The position numbers and the translations under genes were made by a program. A stretch of 63,372 nucleotides of DNA, counting the filler. It is 14 parts of 14 records of this genome, joined end to end, with 100 filler letters (N's around TTAATTAATTAA, not from the genome) between each part and the next. Parts side by side here need not be neighbours in the genome. Positions count along the whole stretch, not along the records: positions 10,389 to 15,556 come from SRR15195285_1855; positions 15,657 to 23,909 come from SRR15195285_1857; 12 more parts are not named here. One strand, given 5' to 3'. Of the stretch, positions 10,389 to 23,547 are shown in pieces. A model generated the notes under the pieces. The model worked only from the letters and a program-made list of their open reading frames with translations, ran no database searches and was not told where the DNA came from. Positions within the stretch are counted from its first letter, which is position 1; each line of letters begins with the position of its first letter.

Positions 10389-13300
10389 ATGTTGCAGACT
10401 GCACGATGTTCAGCCTCGGCCAGTACGCGTGTATGTGCGCGCCTGGATATCGAGGTGTAGTTTGTGCTGAGGACATTGATGAGTGTGCCAGCAGTCCTTG
10501 CCAGAACGGCGCCGAATGCTCGGATTCTAGTCATCTAGGTTCTGTGGTCGCGGCAGATGCCTTTTTCTGTGAGTGTACGTCTGGTTGGTGGGGTGACACA
10601 TGTGCGCAGGAAGTGAATGAATGCAGTCCTACTCCGTGCCGAAACGGCGCAGGATGTACCGATTACGTTGGCGGGTTCGAGTGCCACTGTCAGTCTGGGT
10701 TTGCTAGCACCCTGTGTGATGTCGACCTTGATGAATGCTTGAGTTTGCCCTGTTTGAACGGAGGCGAATGCAGCGAGTCTCTCACAGACCCTGCGATACT
10801 CGCTGGGTCGTACAGATGCACCTGTACAGATGGTTGGGGTGGTGATGACTGTGAGGTCGATAGTGACGAGTGCACGAGCGATCCGTGCAGCGAAGGCTGG
10901 TGCTTTGAATCGTCAGAACCAATTCTAGCGTTCACAAGCTTCGAGGAGCCTCAAGCAGTCGACAGCCAAACCTTAGTGGAATATGTGGACCTTGACCTCA
11001 CACCGTTCCACGCACTTGTTAACCAGGAAGGGCAGAATCCTGTCACCCACCTGGGGACACATGGGGTCGACTGGAGTGCTGAGCTGGGATTCACTACTTT
11101 CTGGACAGACACCACGGGCGGGATTGGGTTTTCTGATGGCAACGTCGTGGGTGTTGTCCGTGATGACCTCACTTCCCCGGTGCCTACTGGAGGTGGTCCT
11201 GCCCCACACGGTACCCAATATTTCATGTTGGCAGATACAGACGGTTTCGCTTATGTGGATATAGACCCCGTGCCTTTAGCCGGGGCAATTTCGGCGGAGG
11301 TATCATGCTGGGTTCACATTGAGGCGACAGCTTGGGAAGACTCTGACTATGTCAAGGTGTGGGCAACCGATGCCGATGACGTTGAGACAGTGTTGTTGCA
11401 CAGCTCGGAGATCGACAGCCTGAACGAAGATGAATGGTTTGTTGTAGACTCTGATATGCCAGTTGATCGCGGCCCTGTTCGCCTTGGGTTCGGATTGCAG
11501 TCAGACTCAAGATACGAAGAGGTTTGGTTTGATTATTGCAAAGTTGAGGCGGTCGTCGCCCTCGCCGATTACATATGCCGCTGCTCTCAGGGTTGGGCTG
11601 GACCAACGTGCGAAGAGGACATTGACGAATGTCAATCCTCCCCCTGCCAGAACGGAGCTCGCTGCATCGAATCCTCGTCAAGCCCGATCTATGACCCTGT
11701 GGACTTAGGAGTTTACGTATGTGAATGCGTACCTGGATGGGCCGGCTACGACTGCGAATACGACTACGATGAGTGCAGTAGCATACCGTGCGCAAATGGA
11801 GCGTGCACAGATTCGCTGGTGGACCAAGAACTACAGCTGAACCAATATGTCTGTGCGTGTGCCTTCGGCTGGGACGGAGACAATTGCGCTGTGGACATCG
11901 ATGAATGTATGACGAATGAGTGCAGCACGGGATATGCATGTGTTGATTCGAACGACAACCCGTTCTTGATAGATTTGATTGTGCCGCTTGGCACGTATGA
12001 TTGCATTGAGAATGAGGGCGCAGCAGGAAAAATTCTCAATTTGGCAACAACTGGTTCGCGAAACACTGAAGTCGACCTTTCCTGGAATGCTTCGGAAACC
12101 AACGACAATGTCACAGGCCATGTCATCTACGCCAGTAGCACAGTTGACGGACCCTTTGCAGTGGTTTTTCGAACTGGACCGAACGCAAGCACTACCGTTC
12201 CGAATCTACCCGGATCAGCAAGATATTTTTTCAGAGTTGCAGCAATGAACGCAGCAGGCGAAGGACCCGCTAGCGATGCAATTGTCGCCTACTCTGCTCC
12301 GGCAAGGCCTGCGGCACCGGCTATTGCTCGAAATGCTATCACTGACAAGTATGCAACGACTAGTTCGATCGATCTGCAATTTGTCGAATCTCCATGGCTG
12401 CACGATGCTCCTCTGGTCGCGACTCATGTTTATTTCGCACCGATAGGGACGGACGTTTATCAGTTTGCTGGAGCGGCGCTCCCCGGATCCAGCGTCTACA
12501 CTGTGGAAGGGCTACTGGGCGGATCAGTGTATGACTTCAACTTAGTCTCAGAGAATGCTTACGGCTTGAGCGAGCACTCGGCAAGTTCACTGCCAGCTTA
12601 CACAGCTCCTACTGCAACAGACAACGTTTCATTTGTTGGCGCGACGTCGCACGCCGTGACCCTCAACTGGAGCGCCGTTTCGGCCATGGACCCTGTAACG
12701 GGTTACCATGTGTATATTTCTGACGGTGATCTGGCAGAGCCAGAGTATGTCGAAATCCAAGAAGTGGAACCGGCGGGTGCTACACTGCAATGGACCTCCA
12801 CAGGCCTTCAAGGTGGTGCGCGCTACTACTATGCCATATCTGCAGAGAATAATGCCGGTGAAGGCTTCATGAGCGCTCCTCTGATTGCCTACACAGTCCC
12901 GGTTGCGCCTGCAGTCATGCCGTTAGGCCCCAACGCATCTCCCGCAGGCTACGCGACGCCGAACAGGATCTCTTTGGGGTGGGGAGCCGTGCCGAATCAT
13001 CAAGATGCACCGATCACTGTTGTTCACGTCTGGCAGAACGGCTCGCTGGCCGCTACCTGGGATCCGGCGGCAACATCTCAGCGTAATGTCACACTGTCAA
13101 ATTTGACGGTCGACACTGCGTACGCCTACTCCTTATCGGTCGTCAACAGAGCAGGTGAAAGCCCACGGAGTGTGGAGCGTATACTTTACACGGTATCAGT
13201 CCCACCTGCTGCCCCAAGCGTGGTGTGCGTCGGCTGTCCAACTGATGCTACTCAGACGGCTGGCCCGGAAGCCTGCATCCCATGCGATCATCCAAATGCC

Positions 13301-14245
13301 ACAGCAAGTGACGATGAGTACGCGTGGTATTCGTTTGGCACGAGCTTGAAGATTGCATGGTTGCCTGTCACTGCGAAAGATCCGATCGTGGACTATAGGA
13401 TATATGCCAAACTGCTCTCCTCCTCCGACAACCCAGCGCCGCTAACGTCGACTTTTGATTTCAATGGTGCCGTGCCGGCAGCAGCTAGCCAGGAGTATGT
13501 TGCCACGGACCTCCTCGGGGCCGCCAAGTATGAACTTCACGTACGTGCCCGTAGTGTGGCGGGGGAGAGCGCGGCGACCCCAGGATCTGGATTAGTGGCA
13601 TACACTGCACCTGTGGCTGACACTCCGCGTCAGGCCCGTGACAGCTCAACGGACACAATATACCTAGAGTGGGAGACACCTGTAGCCCATGTGGACAGGC
13701 CCGTCACCAAGGTTGAGCTCTACTATCGTCTCGTCGAGAAGCCGATGGGGTGCGACTGTAGCTCGGACGCCACTCCGTGTGCGTGTGGTAGTGACTGGAT
13801 CAAGATACCACTTGAGCTGGACGCAGTGAACCGTACCATAACCGGGCTCGAGGTATCGAACTTGTACGCGTTCGTTATCAGAGCTGAGAGCCTAGCAGGT
13901 CTAGATCTGAGCGAGGTCAGCTATATTGGTACGGCACCAACGGAGATGTCCGCGCCACCTACTGAGGTGTTGGTTGCAGCAACGATGTATGCCGTCGCTT
14001 GGGAAGAGCTGGAGCAGCAAGGAATTCGTGGCCTGGCGCTGAGTGAATACGTGGTGCGTGCTGAGAACTCGAATACGGGAATCACCGAGGAAAGGACGGC
14101 TTCTTACGGTGACGCCGGGCAATTTGTGATTGGCGTCGACTCCGATACCACGTTCAGTATCCGCGTCGCTGCGCGCAATAGCTACGGCGTCGGCCCCTTT
14201 ACGGAGCCGCTGACACTCATGACGCCCCCAGCCGGTGCGGGGTAA
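10389..14245 (+). CDS. Large extracellular protein: about 7 calcium-binding EGF repeats, an inserted globular domain and about 7 fibronectin type III domains; 5'-partial
   Basis: Repeated D-I/L-D-E-C-x3-PC-x-NG...C-x-C-x2-GW-x-G-x2-C. FN3 motifs LSW...Y.FRVAA.N.AG.G. No C-terminal transmembrane helix seen. The ORF begins mid-EGF at the contig edge. Confidence 0.9.
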
Positions 14246-14451
14246 TGGTGTTTTGGTGTGGTGTTCACATAAAATGTAGGCCATGCGTTGCTTCATTACA
14301 ATCATCCTCAGGGGACTTGAGAATAGTGCACCCAGTCCTCTCCGTCGGTAATTTTCATTCTGCATCTAGCAGGAGAAACTCCCTCACAGTCAGATGTTCA
14401 GATTCGCGACGCTCAGTTTGGCATCGCTGAGCACGTGATGCTCACCTACAG

Positions 14452-14984
14452 TTACAGCTCCATGTCATCGAGCGGCTCGTCCCCATAACCGGTGAACGAG
14501 CCGCCTATGCACTGTAAAGTCAAACGAATGGCAGTGCGAATGGTTAGTCGGTACAGTTAGCGCTGGCAAATACTTGCGGGGAAGTGAGCGTCGAACGCAC
14601 TTTGTATAGAGGAGGCATCCCGGCGACACGATCCAGCGGCTCGTACACCGGCCACATGCGCGGCAGGTGCGCCTCCGCCGTTTCATACCCCAAGACTCGC
14701 AGGGTGTCGCTGCCCACTAGCTGCCCGCCGCGCTGCTCGCAGTGTGCCTTGGTCGCGTGGTATCCCAGGTTCGCGTCTTCGTTCCCAAGCGGCACCCGGG
14801 GCAGTCCGTTGTACCGGCACAAGGATTCGTCGTGCTCAATAGCGAGCGCGTCGAAGTTGTCGGCCTCCAGGTCCGTGCACCCCACGACTGCCCCCTCACC
14901 TTCCGCCGCGCGACACCCGTAGGTGCATAGGCCGAGCAACAGGATGCGAAGCAGCCCGGAGGGTTCAGCCTGAATAGTGGCCAT
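14452..14984 (-). CDS. Small secreted Cys-containing protein with a GCTD-x2-A-x-NF-D...C repeat motif
   Basis: Hydrophobic leader (LLRILLLGLCTYGCRA) and motif VVGCTDLEADNFDALAIEHDESLCRY. Intron 14600-14512 (GTGCGT...ACAG) gives the end CIGGSFTGYGDEPLDDMEL*. The 3' end is uncertain. Confidence 0.55.
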
Positions 14985-15556
14985 CCCGCTTTCTCTCCTC
15001 ATCTTGGCGACACGTGCTTCTTCAGCAGCGCGGCATCCTCCCACCCTGCAGGACTGCGACGCGGCACCAGGACGACTATCCTGCTGTCCTCCTTCGAATC
15101 CGCGATGCAGCCCGGAGCGGACCGAAGCAGCGGACGCCGAAGCAGCGTGTGGAGGCAAGAGTGCGGTCGCTGCTGTTGCTGCTCTACCTTTCAAACCGCG
15201 TTAGTTCCCCCCGCTGGTAGAGTAGAGCACGTAGCACTACCTGTGCTCTTTCCACTAGCACTACCTGAACCTGTACCGCCACACGTGCCACCGCCAGCAC
15301 TCGTGACCGTCGCACGTGCACATTGAACATTGTCATTGACATGCACGATGTCGGTGCGGCTGGGTACAATTATGAATTAAAGCGAAATAGTGAATGCCGG
15401 CGCTTGAAATCGAGGGCTCGGCTGCCGCCATTCAGAATCGATTGTTCCGATCGATAAGCGATAACACCTTACTAGTAGCTGATTGTTGCTGCCCGCGCAC
15501 GGCGACTGGGGGAGAGGGGAGACTGTGGACTACAGCTCCATTACCTCACACCGTTT

Positions 15557-15656
15557 NNNNNNNNNNNNNNNNNNNNNNNNNNNNNNNNNNNNNNNNNNNN
15601 TTAATTAATTAANNNNNNNNNNNNNNNNNNNNNNNNNNNNNNNNNNNNNNNNNNNN
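15557..15656. other. Artificial contig linker
   Basis: N44-TTAATTAATTAA-N44. Confidence 0.99.
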
Positions 15657-16019
15657 TACGCTCCTCTCGGAGACAATTTGGCGCCTTTACAAAAAAATTG
15701 AAAAGGAAAAAGGAGCTCAATCGTCAACGAGGCTTTTGCTGCGCGCGAACGCACTGGCACTGCGGGCGTGATGTCACGCCGGAAGACGCATGCGCCCCCG
15801 CCCGTGCATGCATGGCCGCATGCGGCCGCCCAGCAGGCGTTGATTCTCATATGAATCATGATAAGCGGATATACCCGGTCCCGCCGCCGGTGCAAACGAA
15901 ATCACCCCCGGCCTGTGGGGCGCAGTGGTGGATCACAGGGCCCTCCAGAGAGAGGACGGGCGTGTGCCAGGGCGGCGGTACTATACTGGTAGGAGAGCAC
16001 GGTAGCTACGGTCTCGGGG

Positions 16020-19000
16020 ATGGGCGGGGCCACGCTGGTGGAGTGCGTGCAGAGCAAGCGAGCGAAAGCCGTGCTGCGCCATCTCACCGCGGCCACGGGC
16101 ACGGGCAATGTGGTGGTGCAGCAGGCCTGGGCGGCGATGGACGCGGAGTACGACGAGGATGACGTCCGTCACGCCCCCCGCATAAAACATGCACAGATAC
16201 GTGCGCGCGCGCACCATAGAGCACGCTCTCGGTTGCCACGCCCCCGCAGCCCACACCCCGTTGCCGCGTCCCGCCTCGTGTGCGTTCGTCGGGGGACGGA
16301 CAGACGTCTGCAAACCTGGCTGGGCGCGTGCTTCAAAGTTTGAGGTCAGCGCTGGTCGACCGCTACGCAGGAGCCCGCGCTGAACCCGGAGCTGATCCCG
16401 TTCGGCTTCCAGGACAGCTTGCTGAGTGGCCGTTGGGCCTACGAGCACATCCGCTGGATGCGCCAGAAGGATCGGCTCGGGCAGGACATCTTCTTGGTCG
16501 GCATGCACGGTCCGCTGCGCCGATGGCTGGCGCTCGTGTTCTGCGAGAAGGCGGGGCGCGAGATGGAGTACCTCGCGCTGACGCAGGACACCACCGAATC
16601 GGACTTGAAGCAGCGGCGAGAGATCCTCCCGGGCGGGTCTTCGATGTACTTTGATCAGTCGGCCGTCAATGCTGCGCTGCACGGGCGGATACTCATCGTC
16701 GAGGGCCTGGAGAAGGTGGAGCGCAATGTGATGCCGGTGCTCAACAACCTACTCGAGAATCGAGAAATTGCGCTGGAGGACGGTCGTTTCCTTCTGCCCC
16801 GCGACCGCTACGACCAGCTAACCGAGCAGCAGCGCATCGACAGTCGCCTGGTTCCTGTGCACCCGCGCTTCCGTGTCATCGCCCTGGGTGTTCCGGTTCC
16901 ACCATTCCCTGGGAACCCGCTGGACCCGCCGTTACGGTCGCGTTTCCAGGCCCGGCGCATTGACCCTGCTCCACGACGAGGGCTTCTCAGCGCGATTCGC
17001 AATGACTGGGCGCCAACTCTGGACGCATCGGTCGCTCAGTCGCTGGTCAATTTTTCTCGCGGAATCTTCGACTTGGGCATGTCTGCTGGCGACGATGTCG
17101 GCGTAGAGTCCGCGCAGGTGGCATTTCACGAAATAATGTATGTTGGTGAAGCAGGTGTACTCAGCATGGCGCGACTAATGGACATGTTCCCACAGATCAC
17201 GTTCCACGCAGCGGTCAGCCGCGCTTACCCTGAGGCCGCTCTCTATACTCTCACCCAGTTGGAATCGCGCGATATGATTACCAGCCTGATAGCAAAACTG
17301 CAAGAGCAAGACGATCCAGCCTACGTATCCGAATACCGCGTGATTTCGGCTTCAGCAGCAGGCCCCGAGGAAGTCGCGCTCGAATTCGCCCCGGAGCAGG
17401 GTGGTGAGACTGTTGAGCTACTAGTGCGTGGCGGTACTGGCATTCCGACACTGCCGCAAGGCGAAACTCTTCAAGACCACCACTGGCACCTCATCACGGG
17501 GATGCTTCAGTCCCACTGTGTCGGACGCGACCTCTGCGTTATCGGTAGCCGCGGGTCGGGCAAGTCGTTTATCGCGCGCCAGTTTGCACTGGCGCTAGGC
17601 TATGCTCCGGTCGAGACACTGTTCGTGTACGCAGACATGACCTCGCGAGACCTTCTGCAACGCCGGACGACAGGATCTTCACAAGAGACCCTGTGGCAGC
17701 CGACACCGCTGGCGATTGCACTGAGGACTGGCCGCCTCGCAATCCTCGATGGCGTCAACCGCCTTCCAATGGGTACGATTTCGGCACTTCTGAGGCTTAT
17801 AGAGGACCGCGAGATAACGTTGTTTGATGGTTCTCGCTACGTCAAACCTGAACGTTATCAAGCTATGCAAGTGGACCTGGGCTTGTCTGAAGCGGATCTG
17901 GAAGACCGCGGCATTTTCTGCGTTCACCCATCTTTCCGTATACTGGCCCTTGCCACCCCACCTACGCGTGGACAGCCCTGGCTGACCAACGAGATGCTGC
18001 ATCTGTTCCACTTTTTCCACCTCGACATGGACATCAGTTCTGAAACCGGTCGCCAACATGCAAGTACGCTCGTGCGCTCTGTCGTGCCGAACCTTGCTGA
18101 GGACGTGCCACCCAAGCTCGCAGCTTTTGCGGCGAATTTGGCTGAAGTGGATGCAGATGCCGCAAGCACTACGGACGGGTCTATGTCGGTGCGCATGATG
18201 CTGCGGGTTGCGAGGCGCGCCTCAGTTTATCCGGAGGACCTCAGCGATGCAGTAGCTATGAACATGATGACGATGTTTATGCCGTCTCATGCCCGTGAAA
18301 TGATCAACGGGCTAATGAATGATGTTGGTATGGAAGGAAAGCTATCAAATCCTAGGAGTCAGATATCCGACGCTGTAGTGGTCGACGAGCGGGACGGAGT
18401 TTTGTCGATTGGCGACATCACCTATAAAATCCAGGAGCCAGGCAACCCAGAGCTAGTCCCCGACATCGTGTTCTTCGAGATCCCAAGCCACACGCTAATT
18501 CTACGATCGATGCTGAAAGACTATATGCTTGGGGAGCACCTCTTGCTGATGGGAAACCAAGGTGTTGGCAAGAACAAGCTTACCGATAGGCTACTGCAGG
18601 TGATGCGTCGTGAACGAGACTATATTCAGCTTCACCGTGACACTACTGTTCCGACGCTGACCATCAACCCTTCCCTCCAAGATGGTAGAATTGTCTGGGA
18701 GGACAGCCCACTCGTGCGGGCTATGTCCCGTGGACATGTCCTTGTTGTTGACGAGTTTGATAAGGCTCCAGTTGAGGTGGTTTGCGTATTGAAAGGGCTC
18801 TTGGAAGATGGTGAAATCTTGCTTGCTGATGGTCGACGTTTTGTGTCCCCTAAGTCAGTGCTTTTCGATATTGCCGAGCTTCCGGGCAGTACTTCGCCGG
18901 GCGAACCAAACTTGCTCGAGACTCGCGTTGTGCAAATTCACCCAGGTTTCCGTGTCATTGCGCTTGCAAATCGCCCAGGGTACCCTTTTCTTGGAAACGA

Positions 19001-22000
19001 TTTCTTTGCTGAGATGGGAGATGTGTTCGCTTGCCATGCTATCGACAATCCCGATCAGAACTCGGAAATTGCTCTGCTGCGGTCGTACGCGCCGAACGTC
19101 AACATCGCCACTATCACTCGTTTGACCGCAGCTTTCATGGATCTGCGACAAATGACGGATGAGGGTCAACTGCTGTATCCGTATTCCACGCGCGAGTTGG
19201 TGAATATAGTCTTGCATCTTTCGCGCTATCCTGACGACTCGATGACGGAGGTACTGGACAACGTACTTTCTTTCGACTCGTTCGATCGCCAGTTGCTTCT
19301 AACGCTCTTTCAAGTCTTCCGTAGGCATGGTATCCCTGTCGGGAGCCTGAACGATCGAGAGCTCATTGAGGATTATCCTGTCCCTGAGCGAGCTGTACAG
19401 ATCGATCTGCCCACCCCTGACCTGCACACGACATGGAGACCCTTCATGGACGGAGATGGTGTGCAAACAATTCCAGTCCTCAAAGCAGGCAGTGACGAGC
19501 TGGTCGGTGGAACCCAGCTTCGGGGTAGCGCGACACTCGAGGGCACTGGACGGTGGAGACCGTTGCGTGATATGGTATCTGCTCGGCTTGACAGGTTCAC
19601 TGAAGAACTGTTTGGGTGGAGAGTGACGGGTGACAGCACACCAATGCACATGACCGCACTGCCTGACAATATGTTAGCAATCTTGACCACTCGTATGCAG
19701 ATGCAAGTCGCTGATCCAGATAACAATCGAGTTCAGTTGCTGACCATCTTCCCACCTTCGCCACTGTGCTCAAAACCTCCGATGGCATTCGTGCCAACTG
19801 TGGGTCGTATTATGCTCTACTCCATTCTACGTGGGGCCATGGTAATCGATCCTATCTCCGGAGAGATTCATTTGATTGCTGTGGAACTAGACCCTCCTCC
19901 CACCGACGACAGCGAGCGTCGGAACGTTTTCAGAAGGACGCCTGTGATTCTCAACGAGGGCCTTGCGCACATCGGCATTATTATGCTTCATCATGAACAT
20001 GCGGATACAATTCACTTTCTGCACAACATCGGAGATGCTAGTGACTGGGAAATGTCAAAGCTGAACTTACCAGGCGTGCAGATCGATCGCGTGGAAGTCT
20101 TGTTCGACACGCAACTTCTAGTGCATAGCATCAGTGGTCCAAGTTACCAGTGCAATATGGCGGACTCCGTTATGGCAGGATCAACGGCGACAGTGATGCC
20201 TCTTGAGGTAGAGCGAGAACTTTCTGATCCCGTTGATTTGCAAACGGCTGAAGAACACCTGTTTCTGTCCCCGCCCATGCCCACCCCACCGATCATCTCG
20301 GCCGCACTTGGAACGCCAACCGGCATCTCGCACGGTGTGTGTGGAACTGACATCATGGGAGGATATACGATGGGGTTCAGTCCAGACGGCATTCTTGCTG
20401 GGGAGTCACAGGCAAATCTCTTCTCATTCATGAAACCTTCAGCAATGTTGGGTGATCTGAGCATGCCCACTGAATATCACTGCGCGTGGCTTAGTCAGAC
20501 GGAGGCTACGCTGACGGTAGTCAGTACACCAAGCTCCGTTGTTCTTGATGTGCTCGACTACAGTCGTGGTTCATTCTATACTGTCCCACTCGGTCCAAGT
20601 CCTGGCCAGTCAGTTGAAGACGCTGAGTTAGCTTCAGCGCCAGGTGCAGAAGCCCGATCTGGAACGCTTAACGACAACTCGAACACTCCAGTTCGCTGGC
20701 AGCGATGGGCGATGATTGGCAGTGTTGTTGAGATGTCTGACGGTCGTGTAGCGCTGATGCAGAATGATGGCTTCATTCGTGTGCTGGAGTTTCGCGAGTC
20801 GGAGCTTGCGACAGCTGAACAAGAGTGGCTTTCGATGCACGGCAAACGACGCGAGAAAAACAATCGTCGTCGCGGTGGTGGTGGTCGACGCACTGGTCGC
20901 AGAGGCCGCAACTCTCGACGCCACATGCTGGGAGAAGATGAAGATGAAGAGGATTGGGACGATGAATGGGAAGATGGAGTGATAACGAACATCAACGAGG
21001 ACGGAACCGTCGACATTGAGCTCGAGTCTGGTGAAGAGATAACAGAGATGGACCCAGACCTCCTTGACGTTGAGGGCGATGACATTAGCATTGGCACTGA
21101 GGTCGGGGTCAACATGGAGGACGTGGAATGGGAGGAATACAGCGATGATGAGGACTGGGATGATGAAGACTGGGATGACGAAGACGAGGAGGAGGAGGAC
21201 TGGGACGAAGAGGAGGACTGGGACGACGAAGATGAAGACTGGGAAGAAGAAGACGAAGAAGGGGAGTACGTCACGGGGACAATCGAGTCATTCAACGAGG
21301 ATGGTACTGCTAACATTCGCCTAAGCACTGGTGAACTACTCGAAAACGTAAATTTGGATGACATGATTCCAATGGATGGCGAAGACGGAGAAATGAGCGA
21401 AGGAGATGGTGTGCACAGGACTATGCCACCTCAGTTGTTACCGCTAGCATCTTTGTTGGTGCTTCCGTTTTTCGAATAGTGTAAATAAGTGCCTGGCCCC
21501 ACGCAGGCGTAATGATCGAGATCGAAGGCGGTGATGAGGAGGGTGGATCAGGGAGCGGTCGTGGTCGTGGCAAACGCGGTCGTAGCAATCGCGGTCGTGG
21601 CAAACGCAAGAACGGTGGTGGTGGTGGCGGTGGCGGTGGTGGCAAGGCCAGACGCAAAGGAAGGGGCCGCGGCCGTGGGAAGGGAAAGGTGAGCTTTCAA
21701 ACATGATGTTGACGTGCGACCTCGGTCAGCTGATGAGAGTTCGTTGCTCAGGGCAAGGGAGGAAAGGGGCGTGGACGGGGTAATGGCAGGGGGAAGGGGG
21801 AAGGAGGCCGCGGCGAGGGTAGAAATGGTGCGTCAGCAATCGCGGAAGCCAACGTGTGGACGAGCTTTGGTTGTCTAGGTTTAGGTGATCATGTGGCGCG
21901 TGTGGTGGTAGGCCAACAAGGTGAAGGAGGTGCAGGAAGCCAAGAGTATCTCCGGGACAACAACATCAATGCCAAGGCGGACAAAAAGAAAGGCAAGGCG

Positions 22001-23238
22001 CAGATTAGCAGCGCGACCGACGCAGAGGCCTCTGATGCATTGGCACAGGCGCAGAAGGCCGCGAATGACGACGAACGTAAGCCTCTGGAAGTTCGATCTT
22101 ACACGGAAAAGGTTCGCACTAAGCTTTCGCTTTGAGCTGTTGTCATGCAAAAGAGAACGTTGATGTTGAACACTTCTCGTGACAAAACTCGATTTGCATT
22201 CGTTGGCAGTTCATCAACGAAGACACCTACAGCAGTCTGTATGATATCGTGCAGCGGGAAGTTTCGCAATTGCGCGTCATGTTTGAGGGCATGGAAGCAA
22301 AGGAAAAAGAGAGACAGTGGCTGAAGAATCAACAGACTGGCGACCTGGATGATAACCGTCTCGTAGACGGTGCCACGGGAGAACGGAATGTTTACAAGCG
22401 ACGCGGTATGCCTATGACCTCGCGTCTCGGTTGTTGACTTCTTTTATGATCACGAGGAGTGTGTTTCATCCGTTGATTTGTTAAAAAACACGCTGCAATG
22501 CTGTGGCCGTTGTTTGGACGACTTCAGGAACAAACCAACCGCTGTTTGGTCGCCTTCAGAAGAATCCTAAACGACTGAGGTTCTGCCTGGACTGTAGCAG
22601 CTCGATGAGCTACTTCAATGAGTACGATCGCCGCCTCGATCGGATGTGTGCCATAGCGGTCATGATCATGGAATCATTTACTGGGCTGGAGCACCAGTAC
22701 TCGTACACAATCTCTGGACACTCGGGAGAATCCCCCGACGTAGATTTAGTACGGGAGGGCATGCCGCCCCGTAGCAAATCAGAGCGACTTGAAGTGATCC
22801 AAGCTATGTATGAGCATGCTAGTTTCTGCCGCAGTGGCGACAATACATTGGCGTCAGCGGTGAAGGCCGTCGAGCATGTCCGAGCGGCACCAGCAGATGA
22901 CTACATGGTGTTCCTCCTCTCCGACGCTATGCTGGCACAGTATCGTGTGACACCGGCGAACCTCGCCGATGCACTCCTATCAGACCCCATGGTCAACGCG
23001 TACGCAATTTTTGTTGCGGAAGAGGAGACTGCTAATCAGGTCAGAATTGACATCGTCAACTTTGCCAGCTATCGCTTTCACTTGGGTTGCCTGGCCTCAC
23101 TTCCTGTGTCATGTGTGGCTGTCACAGATGGCGCAGCTCATGCCCTCTGGCCGTGGACATTTTTGCGAAGACACAGCGAATTTGCCACGAATCATGCGAC
23201 AGATTTTCGCAAACTCTCTTGCTCGGGCTAACATGTAG
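16020..23238 (+). CDS. VWA8: VWA8-like protein (three dynein-related AAA+ modules and a C-terminal vWA domain)
   Basis: VWA8-typical motifs DIFLVG..GPLRR, DTTESDLKQRREI, LNNLLENRE, GNPLDPPLRSRFQ, GSRGSGKS, GNQGVGKNKL, YIQLHRDTTV, PYSTRELV, KERQWLK..TGDLDD..L.DG.TGE...YKRRG and a vWA DCSSSM. Introns 16164-16370, 21409-21506, 21689-21751, 21828-21911, about 22112-22209, about 22406-22527, about 23040-23127. Confidence 0.93.
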
Positions 23239-23547
23239 CTTTTTAAAATGTGCGAGCTAGGGCGCCCGTTCAGAGGGGTAGCCGATGCTCTAGCTTCATG
23301 TTAGATGTGGCGACCGATCGGAGGGTCTTCACAAACCATAAACCTCATTTTTGCAACCTAAGCTCTGCTGAACACCTTAGCGAAGCGGAGGGCTCTCACA
23401 CCACCGTCCACCGCCCTCGCCCTCGTACGCCCAGCGTCAACAATGGAAATGACAAACGGCCAAGAGCACCACTCTTGCTCGAGCTGGCATGGGCAGGCCT
23501 CCTCCAATTCATTGGGGCGTGAAACCATCGCTTGGCCCTTTCACATT

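Noticed and set aside
20576-21364. Ser-rich 262-aa minus-strand ORF
   Set aside because: Antisense shadow of the D/E repeat in VWA8.
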